Notes: generated by a model from the letters alone, not told the origin. Positions 43,638-57,290 are shown, counted from the first letter of the stretch. The stretch is 64,000 bases of DNA from Eledone cirrhosa (GCA_964016885.1 OZ024740.1:53568001-53632000), one strand, 5' to 3'. Numbers and translations are program-made.

Positions 43638-44055
43638 AATAATTGTTTCTACTTTTGGCCCAAGGCCAGCAATTACCCTGAACATTACTGGTATTTTATT
43701 TTATCGACCCCATAAAGATGAAAGGCAAAGTTAACCACAGCGGGATATGAACTGAGTCTGTAAATGGACGTAACACTATGCTGGAAAGCATGGCGTCTGA
43801 CCCGCTACCGATACTCCCAATCCACATACAATTGTATGTATAATAATAATAATAATAATAATTGTTTCTACTTTAGGCTCAAGGCCATCAATTTTAGGGA
43901 AGGGTAATGTCGATTAAATCGACACCCATGCGTCACTGGTACTTTATTTTATCGACCCTGTAAGGATGAAAGGTAAAGCTAACGTCGGTGTGATTTGAAC
44001 TCAGAACATAAAGGGTCGTAACTTTATGGCGCAAAACATGGTGTCCGACGCTCTA
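43638..44055 (-). mobile_element. Two tandem tRNA-derived SINE copies
   Basis: Reverse-complement family motifs (actggtactttattttatcgaccc; gatttgaactcaga). Confidence 0.88.
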
Positions 44056-44265
44056 TAATAATAATAATGTATGATGAAGGAATGTTAAACATTTTAGTAG
44101 TCTTACACATGTTTCAACCAGAGACAATCCCCTCTCGAGATCGAATGACATTTGTAGTCCACAATGGAAGCATACATCATATATATATATATATCATATA
44201 TATATACGCGCACACATACCCACACCTACGCACCTACACATACCTCCATACACACACACACACAT

Positions 44266-44297
<32 letters not shown>

Positions 44298-44738
44298 TTA
44301 TATATATTCAAAATAAGGTGCGCACAGGACACAGACAATAGGGAAAAAACGGAAAGATGACAGTTCCATCTCCTCAATCAACCTCTTGAATTCACTACGA
44401 TTTCGTGCCCTTTAAGATCGATACCATATATTCCTGGACACGTTGGGACAAACAAACAAAAAAACAGGTAGAGACATGTTATACCTAGGGAAAATTTACA
44501 CAAATAGAGAGTGCGCCTGAGCTTAGCCAAAAGAGAAACACATAGAACGGTGAGATATAGTAAAATAGAATAGAATAAGGACTGTATTCCAACGTGTTGA
44601 CAAAGAAGGATAAGGAGGCGTAGAAAAGCTAAGAAGGAAGAATAGGGGATACAGGCCGGACTGTGTGATGTCTATTGTACGACAGTTAAAAAAAGTAGCA
44701 TAATTAAATCTTTAGAATATATGTGTATATATATACAG

Positions 44739-44990
<252 letters not shown>

Positions 44991-45082
44991 TGTACTATAC
45001 ATAGAGCACTCTTCTTTTCTTTACCTTTTCTACGGAAATAGATAACACAACACACACACACGCACACACATATGTATAAAGA

Positions 45083-45130
<48 letters not shown>

Positions 45131-45135
45131 GGAGG

Positions 45136-45187
<52 letters not shown>

Positions 45188-45649
45188 GAGAGAGAGAGAG
45201 AGAGAAATACAGCCAGACATATAGAACGATAAATAGATATTGTTATCCCCGTTAAGTATCTACGTCGCATATTGTTCAATAAAATACACAATGCATATAA
45301 TACGCCTTTAATTAATTTCACATGATTATTGATCCTACCATTGAGAAACCGTGTGCCATACCTAACTGAACGTTTCTCGATGGTGGATTATCATCTACAT
45401 GTTTCTTATGACTTACTCTAATTACCTCAGTGGATAATTTAATGTAACTGAAAATACTTGAGGTAAGAAACTGAGTTATTAATATATTTTCTGGTACAAA
45501 AGCCTTAATTTCAGGTAGAAATTAGTAACGGTGGATTCAATCGGACAGACATTATATATATATATAAGTATATATATACACACACACACATATATATATA
45601 AATATATATATATATGGTTTTATAAATATAGTTTGCATTTGTTAATATC

Positions 45650-45699
<50 letters not shown>

Positions 45700-45832
45700 A
45701 TACATGGTAATTAGGCATACGCCTTCAAAAATACTTTCAGTTTCACGGAGTTTTATCGTGCAGAATTGAATTCCATTATCGAAGATTTTTACGCCTATTA
45801 ATACATACATTCATACATATACACAAATACAC

Positions 45833-45955
<123 letters not shown>

Positions 45956-46121
45956 GGTTTCTTTCCCCTCTTCCAAAATTGCTGACACAAGGCCAGCAAT
46001 ATGGGATATATATATATATATCTGCTCTGCTTATACGCATAGAGCTTAACTAGCTACCGTCGCATATTTGGTAGGTCAGGCGTGATCATCGCGATTCACG
46101 TACGATCTACCATACATCTTG

Positions 46122-46160
<39 letters not shown>

Positions 46161-46258
46161 ATAATAATAAATTTGAAGACTAAAATCCAAAGAAGGCTCG
46201 ATAAGGATAAATATATATCAAATATATAAGAACCGTAAAGCAAATATTTATTTAAGAA

Positions 46259-46289
<31 letters not shown>

Positions 46290-46352
46290 GTGACAGTCAA
46301 GTTTGCAATTTTCACAGTTGAAAATTGCAAACTTCACTGTCACCACACATTA

Positions 46353-46391
46353 TGAACCTGAAGATTGCGAAAGCATGAAAGTACTTGTTCA
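46353..46391 (+). ncRNA. Minimal type-I hammerhead ribozyme
   Basis: TGAAC CTGAAGA T TGC-GAAA-GCA T GAAA GTAC TT GTTCA. 5-bp stem I, palindromic AGTACT stem III. Confidence 0.8.
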
Positions 46392-46776
46392 ATTAACACT
46401 TAACATTTAATATTCTACCATACTATTTCATTCTAATACCATTATAAATTTTAAAGGATGGTAAATAAAACGAGTAAATCAGACAACGTTGGTATTCCTT
46501 TTATTAATATAATCTTCTGCACACAATCATACACACCCCTGTATATTTATATATATATATATATATTTCGTTTCTGAATTTGTTTAGCAAGATTCTTTAT
46601 CTGAAAACGTGTGTTGAAACCAATATTGTTATACTTTGGGAGGGTCATGTTGCCAATAAGAAACACACACGAGTTGCTTTCACTTCAATTTATTATAAAT
46701 TAAATTCATAAATTTAGGAATTTATAAATTTCCGGTTGGTTGGTTGGTTCCACAACCAGACGATTGTTCATATATT

Positions 46777-46819
46777 GTCAAAGTTCTTTCGTCACACATT
46801 CTGTGACCTCTTCAGTGAC
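46777..46819 (-). ncRNA. Minimal type-I hammerhead ribozyme
   Basis: Reverse complement: GTCA CTGAAGA G GTCACA-GAATG-TGTGAC GAAA GAAC TT TGAC. Stems I and II fully paired. Confidence 0.8.
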
Positions 46820-47255
46820 TGGGGATTCTTTTTTAAATTTTTTTAAAAATAATAAATTGAAGAGAAAACAACTGGTGCGTGTGTTTCTTATTGGCAATAT
46901 GAATGACCCTCAAATCAGAGAGGCCAACGAAATAGAACTTAGAAGGCCAAGGCTAAACAGAAAAAATGAATGGAATAACAACAACACACAAACAACACCA
47001 CCTAAGAGAAGTATAAATAAATAAATATATACATACACAAGCACAATAAAAACAAACAAATATAAACACACACTAGTAAACTAAGATAGAATACAATAAC
47101 CAATACACAGTCACCCAAACACGAACACACATCAAACAAAACACTATACACACACGCAAACGCATGCGCAGAGAAGACAAAAAATAAATAATTAAATAAA
47201 CAGACTAAATAAAGATGACGTAGGCATACAATACAACGGGAGGATACATAATATC

Positions 47256-47297
47256 ATCACTGACGATGTTGCAGATGTGCAACGAAAGAACTTTGTT
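47256..47297 (+). ncRNA. Hammerhead ribozyme motif
   Basis: atca CTGACGA T GTTGCA-GATG-TGCAAC GAAA GAAC TT tgtt. Confidence 0.65.
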
Positions 47298-47496
47298 AGA
47301 CTATATATATGTGTTTGTGTCTATATTGTATCTGTATTTTTGACCGTTGGTCAGTCAATGGTAACATTGAGGACCGATAAATTAAATTAACCGATATAAA
47401 GGACACAGAAGCGAAACCAACCAAACAGTGAGTGTGTTCTGTTATTAATTCAGGCAATATTATTACACAAATATGACCCTCCCCAAGTATAACAAT

Positions 47497-47578
<82 letters not shown>

Positions 47579-47650
47579 GTATATATATATATATATGTAA
47601 ATATATATAAAAATTATATATATGTATATATATATATAAATATACATATG

Positions 47651-47711
<61 letters not shown>

Positions 47712-47786
47712 CGAAGGAAATGTGGTAAGGAACCAGGTGGACCATAACGCACCAAAGTACTCAATACTTGAGGTAGTAGAGTGGGT

Positions 47787-47895
47787 AATAGGAACCAGTA
47801 AGACCCTGACAGCTGAGCTCAAACCGTTTCGACGGCTAATTCTCAGAATTAGCCGTCGAAACGGCTTGAGCTCAGCTGTCGGGGTCTTACTGGTT

Positions 47896-47900
<5 letters not shown>
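47787..47900. repeat. Near-perfect palindrome centred at ~47843
   Basis: ataggaaccagtaagacc..gacggctaattc TCA gaattagccgtc..ggtcttactggttcctat. Confidence 0.9.
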
Positions 47901-47981
<81 letters not shown>

Positions 47982-48396
47982 CATGGGTTATAGATTCCAT
48001 ACACTGGTGGTTTTTCCCTGTTTGATTGATGGCGCACTATTTCTCTCGCTAGTCACTAGAGTCTAGTGTGTTACCTTTTCAACATTTTGTATTATATATA
48101 TATATATATATATACCCGTAGAGCAAATATTTATTATAGGAACAGATTAAAGTTTAAGCAAAGTATCGCTGCTTTCATCCCTAACGGGATCTTCAGAAGG
48201 GTGAAAGCAGAGATTCTTTGCTTAAACTTCAATCTGTTCTTATAATGTATATATACATCCATATATTTATATATATATATATATATATAGAGGTTATCAT
48301 ATACATATAATTAAATTAAAGATATATATATGTTGCAACTGTTCACTTTTAAGCTCAATGAAGAATTAATAAATTAAAATCAAAAAATCAGAGCAT

Positions 48397-48926
48397 TATA
48401 TCATAAATCATGTCTATAGAATCAATCAGATATTAAAATATATATTATTTCTTCTTCCAATTAGCATAATTAACCATATACAAAATCAAATCTAGCAAGC
48501 TTTAAGAATAAATTTTCTTACGGGGAAATCTCTGACAAACAATTGATCGCAGCCTCTTCGCGGCAGCCCCGTTCCATTATTTATCAAACATTTCGGCAGC
48601 ATGCAGAATCCGATCAAATATACTATCAATAACACATAATTAGTAGTAAAATTAACCTTAGAAGAAATGCGCACATACCGTAATTATATCTCTACCATGG
48701 TTTCTTCCTTATTTAGGACATCCAAATAATGTGAATTGTCCAGAGTTAGGTTTCATCAGGAGATAAACTCAAAATCAGACATTTAATTTTTCAAACCGAC
48801 CGCGCCAAATTTAGATTCAAAAATGGATTCAAATAGATTTGATTTTGTATATGGTTAATTATGCTAATTGGAAGAAGAAATAATATATATATTAATATCT
48901 GATTGACTCTATAGACATGATTTATG

Positions 48927-48930
<4 letters not shown>
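48397..48930. mobile_element. Element with ~100-bp terminal inverted repeats and an internal hammerhead
   Basis: 48397-48494 is the reverse complement of 48833-48930. The right arm ends in (TA)n. Confidence 0.85.
48687..48765 (-). ncRNA. Type-I hammerhead ribozyme with extended stem II
   Basis: Reverse complement: TATCTC CTGATGA [48 nt containing CCT/AGG and GGACA/TGTCC] GAAA CCATGG TA GAGATA. GUA cleavage triplet. Confidence 0.78.
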
Positions 48931-48986
<56 letters not shown>

Positions 48987-50021
48987 AATATATAAATATA
49001 TATATATAGAAAATAAAACACAATAGCATGTCATATAAGATTGGATACAGAAACAGACAAATACAGAGATATGAACGAATGCGTTCAGACGCACACACAT
49101 ATAATTAAATTAAGACACAGATTCATGCACAAGCCTAACACGGAACCTTGTGCCAATACCAGTACGCATGCAAATAAATACAGGCACACAGATATATGCA
49201 TGTGGATACCGCATACACACCATAGAAAGAAATAATGGATTGAATAGTACAAGATCAAAACAAAGAGGTGACACAGGATCAAGACATTGAGAAGGTGACA
49301 GAATGCGTGACGCAATATATTTTTCAATTATATATACCAATAAAATAACTATGCAATTTCTAATCTAACCGAGGAGTTTATCAATTGATAATAATTTACT
49401 TGAGCCACATAGGTCTCACAATACAAATACATTAAGGACGGCACAAGGCGGCAGTGGACATTACAGTGTGGGTTTGGGCGTCAAAAAAATTAACAAAGCA
49501 AGGAAAACCTGTAAAAATGCAAAACTAAATGAATTTTCCGATAGGATCGTTTTCCAAGGGTCACATATGGGGAAAGCCCTCAAAAGTTCATGGGCACCCT
49601 GACTCTTAGGGCAGAAGCCTTCTCCCATTCCTCCTCCTCGAATCATAGCAGGCCCAGCCACTCGGGCCATGCTCTCGTCTTCCACCCACCTTTCAGCAAG
49701 CTGCTTGGAAGGCAGCGATTATCCCTCAACCCTGATTTTCCTCTTCAAGTGATGCCTGAAAAAGTTATTCAGGGTTTCGCAGAAGAGGAAATGTGCTTAT
49801 TTTCTTCATTCGGTTTTCGCTTGACAATTTCTTGACTAACAGTAAAACAGAACTGAAGCGCAAATCTTACATGTGATTTTATTGGCAGCATGACCGGCCG
49901 TAGGTTAAAACATATCTGTTTGAACACAAGATTTCACATAAGGAATCTTGCAAAACAGAAACGTGTGTATTTGTGTGTATGTGCACAAATTTCTATATAC
50001 GTACATACACGCACACGCACG

Positions 50022-50053
<32 letters not shown>

Positions 50054-50059
50054 TGTATG

Positions 50060-50090
<31 letters not shown>

Positions 50091-51653
50091 GTAAGTATAT
50101 ATGTATATATGTATATATATATATATATATATGTGTGTATATATATATATATTTATGTGTGTGCGTGTGTGTATATGTGTGTGTTTGCTTGTGTATATGT
50201 TCGAGTGTGTGTATGTGTATGCTCATGAAAACAGAAAAATAGATACTCAAATCAGCAAATAATAAAAGAAACACGTCAAGCGAGATTCGATACCATATCG
50301 AGAAGACACACGTAAATATGCTAAATAAATATCTATCAACACAACAATCTACATCTAAGTAGCTGGGCCTTCCACAGACACATGCATCGTTAACAACATA
50401 TTCAGGGAGATTCATCGTAAAACAATATATGACAAAGATGATCTTTTGAATTTACAAGTACTGTCCATCCAACGGGCTTCCAAACAGTTTCCGTTTACCC
50501 AGAGTCAATCACAAGGCATGGGTCAACTGAAAATATATACAGGAATGGTTGGGATAGCCACGTGCAATAGATTGGGCTCCTTATCTAGAACGAAATGTAT
50601 ATATCTGTCTTAGTATACGCCAATTAATATGTCGTTTAGTCATGTGCTTTTAAACAATGTCACTCGAAAGAGAGGTAAAGACTTTTATACCAGAAAGTAT
50701 TCAATCGTAGATAACTTTCTCTCAAATCTCGAGTGGTTTTCGTCTACAGCGCTCAGAATAAATGCTTAAGAAATACTCTGCAAAACGCCCATAGTGCATT
50801 TGAATATTCCATTCACGAGCGGGTAGTCGAATATTTATCCAACCGATTATTTCAATTCAATACATCCAGGCATAAAATAGCCTCTGTACGTCTGTAACAC
50901 ACCATATATAATTGTAATTTAAAGAATTATGTTTCCGCAACCATTGAACTTTTTAAGAAAATATTATAAAATAACAATCTCATTAGTCATTGCAGTTCAT
51001 AAAGAAGGATCTTGAATTTGATTCGAACGGCTTTAAAACGTAGCGAGCAACTGGTACAGAAAAACAATAAGTACAAATAGAGACAATGTTTACACAACAT
51101 AGTGTGGTATAATATTATTGATATTTCAGTTAGAGTCTAATACATTTTAAATGAAACTAACTATATTATTCCCTAATTAATTCTAACTTAGTCAAAAAAG
51201 AAAGCAATTTTATTTAGATTGGCTCAATCATTGATTACGCTCCATATAATCAACATGGATTTTTCCATTAGTTTAAAACTCCGCTGTTACAAATGCAATA
51301 GCGTGAATATTAAAGGTCATTCATATCACCCAGGAGCAGATATTATAGGGAGAACTAGACCTTGATCAGGAACTTAACCTTTTGTTTTTCAGCTGCTTTC
51401 ACATGTTATGAATATTTGGCTAATAGCCAATTGAAATTATGAATATCGTACAGTACAGTAAAGAAGACAAAGGAAAGCTACGAAGAAGGATTAATCAATG
51501 AAACGAAATATAAAAACAGTTGTACATGTATGTATGTATGTATGTATGTATGTATGTATGTATGTATGTATGTATGTATGTATGTATGTATGTATGTATG
51601 TATGTATGTATGTACGCATGTATGTATGTATGTGTGTATGTGGGTATGTAGGT

Positions 51654-51703
<50 letters not shown>

Positions 51704-51892
51704 TAATAAAAGAAATTCCAACTTTGTCTGATTTACTCGTTTTATTTACAATCCTTTAAAATTATAATGGTATTAGAATGAAATAATATGGTAGAATATT
51801 ATATGTTAAGTGTTAATTGAACAAGTACTTTCATTCTTTCGCAATTTTCAGGATCATATTCTGTGGTGACAGTCAAGTTTGCAATTTTCGAA

Positions 51893-52062
51893 AAATAGAA
51901 ACTCATAACGAACTCAAGACTAGACGATAATTATTTAAGCTAATGTTCAATATCTCATATTAGATGTTTAGTAATACGAAATGCCCTTAAACCGATTTCT
52001 ATATTATAAATTCACTTAAATAATTATCGTGTCGTCTTGAGTTCGTTATGAGTCTCTTTTTT
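51893..52062. repeat. Short inverted repeat
   Basis: actcataacgaactcaagactagacgataattatttaag versus cttaaataattatcgtgtcgtcttgagttcgttatgagt. Confidence 0.8.
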
Positions 52063-53863
52063 GTAAAAGGATGCCACAGAGTGTACGATAGATAATGATT
52101 ACAATATTTTTGAGCAACAACTCTAGTCCCACACTTTTGAAGGGGTTATTATAACATTCTGTGGCTATTTTGAGCTTGCGCATTTTTCAGGTCTAGTTCA
52201 ATATTTTTTAAAGGTAACGCTTGTAATAACTCTAGTTAAACACGATATATATATTAATAATAAATTGTCGTTGTAATGTAATTAGATTATATAATTGTTA
52301 TTTTATAAATGATCTTATAAATATTATTGTAAGATGTATAAAAATATTTTCAGACTTTTAATATAAACAACAACAAAAATCAATTAATATTAAATAAATA
52401 TATTTTACATAATAATTGCTATGGTTGAATTAATAAATATTAAATATTACATACAAATAGTCTAACATAATAATAATAAAATAATTTAACATAAAACGAA
52501 CAATAATATCGACAAATATACAAGTAAATATGATACAACCAATATTATAAGCATGTTATCACGAACTGAAAAAAAATAGTTAATATAAATAAAAAAATTC
52601 ATATATAAATTAACAATATAAATTACTAAAACGAGAAAAATATTTTGATGATAAACGATGAAATACAGGAGGAAGATTCGAAAGCGAAACGATAAATAAA
52701 CGTGCAAACAAAGTGGCGGATGCTTTTTAGCAACAATTACTCTCATTGGTTGATTAGGTAATAAGACGATGAAATTAGCCAATAAGACGATACATTACAA
52801 AAGATGTTTGGCAGGGATCACCACGGTCAGCGAAACCCCTTGAATTGTTTATTCACAAGCTACGCATATATGTCAGACACGCAGACTTAAAACATTCTGC
52901 TGTTAGTCACTGCGTGTCTAACAGATACTTTTCAATCTCATTCATCATTTAAAACATTTTTCAAACTTCATGGCTTATTAAAAGAAAAGCTATGTCAAAT
53001 ATTCTAATAACAGGCAACTATAATATTATTTTATAGCTATAGCAAACTGAACTATCTATTTATTGGCAACGTAATAATCTTGAGGAAGTGTGTAAAGATA
53101 TAGAAATACTTAGAAAACCTCTGTATGATACAGTTTATAATACTGAAGATGCTGAAAAGCAAATGAAAAGATTGATTTTGGAAACGAAGTTAAAAACGTT
53201 GATAATATCTAATTGGATATAAGAAAATTCGGCCCTCCAATGAAGAAGGAAGCAGCGTCTTCACTGTCAGAAAATGTGCTATCTAATGTATTCAATGATT
53301 TTCCAGTACTTGAATGAGACGATAAAAGTGGGGTCGGATTTATCAATGCAAAAGTTTGGAGTTAGGAAAATGATTTTTAAAATAATGTATTTTCAAAAAT
53401 CAAATCAATTTAACAGAAATATTTAAATAATATGCTGTCAAGGTTTTAGTAATTCCAGCATGTAATGCTAATGTTCAAAGATTTTCACATGTAATTAATT
53501 GCATTTATAAGAACAGCTGTGTAACGGCATGCAATTATATTTTCATACATAATTTATCATTTAAAATACCCTGTGTTTCTCGCTATCTACAAAGATTTCC
53601 ATATTTCATAAAGTAAAATGACATACTTCAATTCTGGCAGCAAACAAGCACGTTTTCTCTCAAATCTGTAAAGAAGTCCTGCAGTAACAACACTGTTAGA
53701 TTTCTATGTAAAATACCAAAGATAAGAATTCAGACATGTCAAATGTAGTTACTCCTTCAATTTGCCATCATTCTAATACAGAGGGTAATAAGGTTATCTA
53801 AAATAAAAGCAGCAACAATTAAAAACGAGATATATACATATATTTTCTTTTTTTGAGTAAATT

Positions 53864-53936
<73 letters not shown>

Positions 53937-54030
53937 GTGGAACACTGGAAGGTAATATCCGTAGTGGTAGAGCACTCAGTCCAAGGGACGAGTTAGGTAG
54001 AAGTGGTTACACAACATTTAGTTCACCATA

Positions 54031-54070
54031 CCGGGAACAATTGTTTCACCTTAGCGGATCCTCAGCTCGG
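54031..54070 (-). ncRNA. Hammerhead ribozyme at the apex of a ~100-nt hairpin element
   Basis: Reverse complement: CCGAG CTGAGGA T CC-GCTAA-GG T GAAA CAATTG TT CCCGG. The paralogue at 3916 has the perfect CTCGG partner strand. Confidence 0.7.
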
Positions 54071-54098
54071 AATGGTAAAATAACTGGTGTGTAACCAC

Positions 54099-54173
<75 letters not shown>

Positions 54174-54215
54174 ATGATATTAAATAAATGGAAACTATAT
54201 TTATAAAACCATATT

Positions 54216-54276
54216 TATTCTATTATACATATTTCATGGGTACCAAAATATTGGTACGCTTTCATCAGATAAAATA
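54216..54276 (-). ncRNA. Type-I hammerhead ribozyme, bulged long stem II
   Basis: Reverse complement: TATTTTAT CTGATGA AAGC GTACCAA-TATT-TTGGTAC CCAT GAAA TATGTA TA ATAGAATA. The plus-strand paralogue at 55891-55953 has CCGATGA. Confidence 0.75.
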
Positions 54277-54390
54277 CAAAGTTTGTTTTATGAATTTTGA
54301 CATAACCAAGAAGATACCTTAACGGTTCAAGTTTTTCTTGGATAGTGAAGGGAAAAAGAGAAGAAAAGTCCGAACAACAACAACTCCAGA

Positions 54391-54817
54391 AAATGTAACT
54401 GTAGAATTAAATCAAACTTCCCTTTACAAAATAATTGCTTAGACATAAACGTAATTTATAAATGCACAGTTAAAACTAGAGACAAAGTATTTAACTATAT
54501 TGGTGCCACTTCTACAAAATTCAAAGAACGCTGGTATAACCATAAACACACATTTAATAGATTCGATAAAAAATCTTCCACTTCACTTTCACATTTAATT
54601 TGGAACTTAAAAGAAAACAATATAGACTATTCAATATCTTGGGGAACGATTTCGAAGTCACCTGCATACCGAAATATTGCTTTCTCAAGATTCTGTAACT
54701 TGTGTATCGAGGAAATTTTTTTATAAAATTAACAGTCAAAACTCTATTAATCTTAAAACAGAATTATTTTCTACTTGCAGACATCGCCAAAATTCCACTT
54801 TCAGAAGTATTTTTAAT
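54391..54817 (+). pseudogene. Penelope-like GIY-YIG endonuclease domain (absent from the ORF track)
   Basis: Manual translation: KCNCRIKSNFPLQNNCLDINVIYKCTV..NYIGATSTKFKERWYNHK..SLSHLIWNLK..CNLCIEE, then a frameshift near 54724 and INLKTELFSTCRHRQKF. Confidence 0.9.
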
Positions 54818-56089
54818 TTATGATATTCATTACACTTGACTATATCTTATACACCTTCAAAATGATCCCATTTTCTGAAAAAATTTAAATTCAAATTTTT
54901 CAAATGATCTTCCTTCTTAATTTTTTAATATTTCTACTATTTTTACCATTTGACATAAATTTTTTAATTTTTTAATTTTTTAATATATTTTTTAAATATT
55001 TTTACCTTTTGACATTATTTACCTAATGATACTCCTCTAAATATATTTTTTTTAGATGTAGATTGATAATCTTTAATTGAAATTCTGAAAGTTTATCCCC
55101 TTTACGATAGTTCTTCGAAAGGCACATTATTTTATCCTCTCCCTTTGATCTTCAAACTTTCACACATCCTTCGACTAAACTAATATATAATTGAAATTAA
55201 TCTCACACAAAATAATATATAATTTCCTCTATATATTTTCTGAGTAAATCATTCATCAAATTTAACGGTTAGCAAACAAGATTGGAGTTATCTTTCCCTT
55301 TTCAATCGTGCAAATATAAACATTATATTATAATATAATATGTATGATAAACTATATAACTTCGCTAAATTAACATATTCTGAAAACATTTTTAATGTTG
55401 GAACAAAATATTCGAATCTATTTCTATAATACTTATACATGCACAATTATTAATCTATATAGATATTTATATACTTACAACCTATTGTAATGTAATAAGA
55501 TAAAATATACTTACAACCATAATTCTTCATATAATCTAATTGATTATATATACAATATTATAACTCATATTATAGCTAAATAAATTCAAATTCTGGAATC
55601 ATATTCCACCATTCCCGCAAATTGTTAATTCCTTTTAAATTAACGTAAATACAAGCTCTTCTTTCTTTTTTCTTCTTCCTACTCTTACATACATATATCC
55701 TAATTATTTAAATTCTGTATAGCGTCTAAAATATCGTTTTTTCAGCCCTATACCTCAACCTCATTTGTATACTCATCTTAATAATTTGAAATATCTGACT
55801 TCTCTTCTCTTTTCCCTTCACTATCCAAGAAAAACTTGAACCGTTAAGTATCTTTTCTTGGTTATGTCAAAATTTATAAAACAAACTTTGTATTTTATCC
55901 GATGAGAGCGTACCAAAGTTTTGGTACCATTGAAATATATATATAATGGAATAAATATGGTTTTATAAATATAGTTTCCATTTATTTAATATCATTGAAT
56001 ATTATACTCCAGAAAACTTGTCGAGTGCTCTAAATCAGTTATAAACATTTATATCTGTTGAATTACCAACAAATTGAATATCCCTTTTG

Positions 56090-56157
<68 letters not shown>

Positions 56158-56216
56158 TACACAGATTGACTCGAAAATCGAGTTTTGAGACACGAGTGTA
56201 TTAGAGCTCTGAGGAA

Positions 56217-56346
56217 AATGGAAAAACTCGGCGTATGGAAGCAGTTAAAATACAGCAAAATACCGTTGAGTTTATACTTTACCCAACACCGCTTCGACGG
56301 TATTTTGCTGTTCTTTAACTGCTTCCATACGCCGAGTTTTTCCATA
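56217..56346. repeat. Inverted repeat with ~50-bp arms
   Basis: atggaaaaactcggcgtatggaagcagttaaa.. versus ..tttaactgcttccatacgccgagtttttccat. Confidence 0.88.
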
Positions 56347-56513
56347 TTTCTTGGGAATATAGATATAAATAAGCAACACAATATAATTATTTCATTAATG
56401 AAATAATTATATTATGTTGTTTATTATGTAATTAAATAGCTCTGTACAATACATAGAGCACTCTTCTTTACGTTTTCTACGGAAATACTTAACATATATA
56501 TATATAAAGATAG

Positions 56514-56641
<128 letters not shown>

Positions 56642-56953
56642 TGCAAAATCCGACTGCCGTGCCAATAGGTTTCGACATATGTATTTATACAACTTCGAGA
56701 TATCATTGGAGTATTGTGAAGAGGTGTATGCTTGTATGCCTCGAAAGGTATACGGCCATGCTTTTAGGGATACGGTTCTGCAGGAGCATGGAATCGCCCG
56801 ACAGCTTCTGGTTACCTTAAAACCCTTTATGAATTACAAGATGATAACAGTCGCCGTATTCTGACTGCTTGATCTTCATATGAGGGAATAAACTCTGTGA
56901 GTGAACATCGCTAATTTTCTCCCTCATATCAAGGATTTGAAGACAATTCAGTT

Positions 56954-57027
56954 TCACCTGACGAGATCTGTGATAATCGATCATGGCTTCACGATCGATC
57001 TATCTCTTATTGAAACATGTGTCGTGA
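56954..57027 (+). ncRNA. Type-I hammerhead ribozyme with extended stem II and canonical GUC site
   Basis: TCAC CTGACGA [47 nt including ATCGATC..GATCGAT] GAAA CATGTG TC GTGA. Confidence 0.78.
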
Positions 57028-57095
57028 TTAAAATGATTGGACATTTATACCTTGCCTTCGGATCTTCATTTTGATATATATATATATATATATAT

Positions 57096-57135
<40 letters not shown>

Positions 57136-57290
57136 ATATACACGGGTGTGTATGATTGTGTATAGAAGATTATATTAATAAGAGGAATTCCAACTTTGTC
57201 TGATTTACTCGTTTTATTTACAATCCTTTAAAATTTATAATGGTATTATAATGAAATAGTATGATAGAATATTAAATGTTTAGTGTTAAT

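Larger units (their letters stand above)
46565..47500. mobile_element. Composite fold-back Penelope-like terminal element
   Basis: Plus arm 46905-47500 matches 2700-3293 (QIREANEIELRRPRLNRKNEW). Minus arm 46565-46850 comes from a related subfamily. Local inverted repeat 46636-46700/46850-46914. Confidence 0.85.
54172..55997 (+). mobile_element. 5'-truncated Penelope-like element with inverted ~200-bp terminal arms
   Basis: Arms 54172-54370 and 55797-55997 are inverted copies, each with a hammerhead motif. GIY-YIG coding region lies inside. Confidence 0.9.

Noticed and set aside
53143-53175. CTGAAGA TGCT-GAAA-AGCA AAT GAAA
   Set aside because: No stem I or stem III pairing; probably chance in A-rich sequence.
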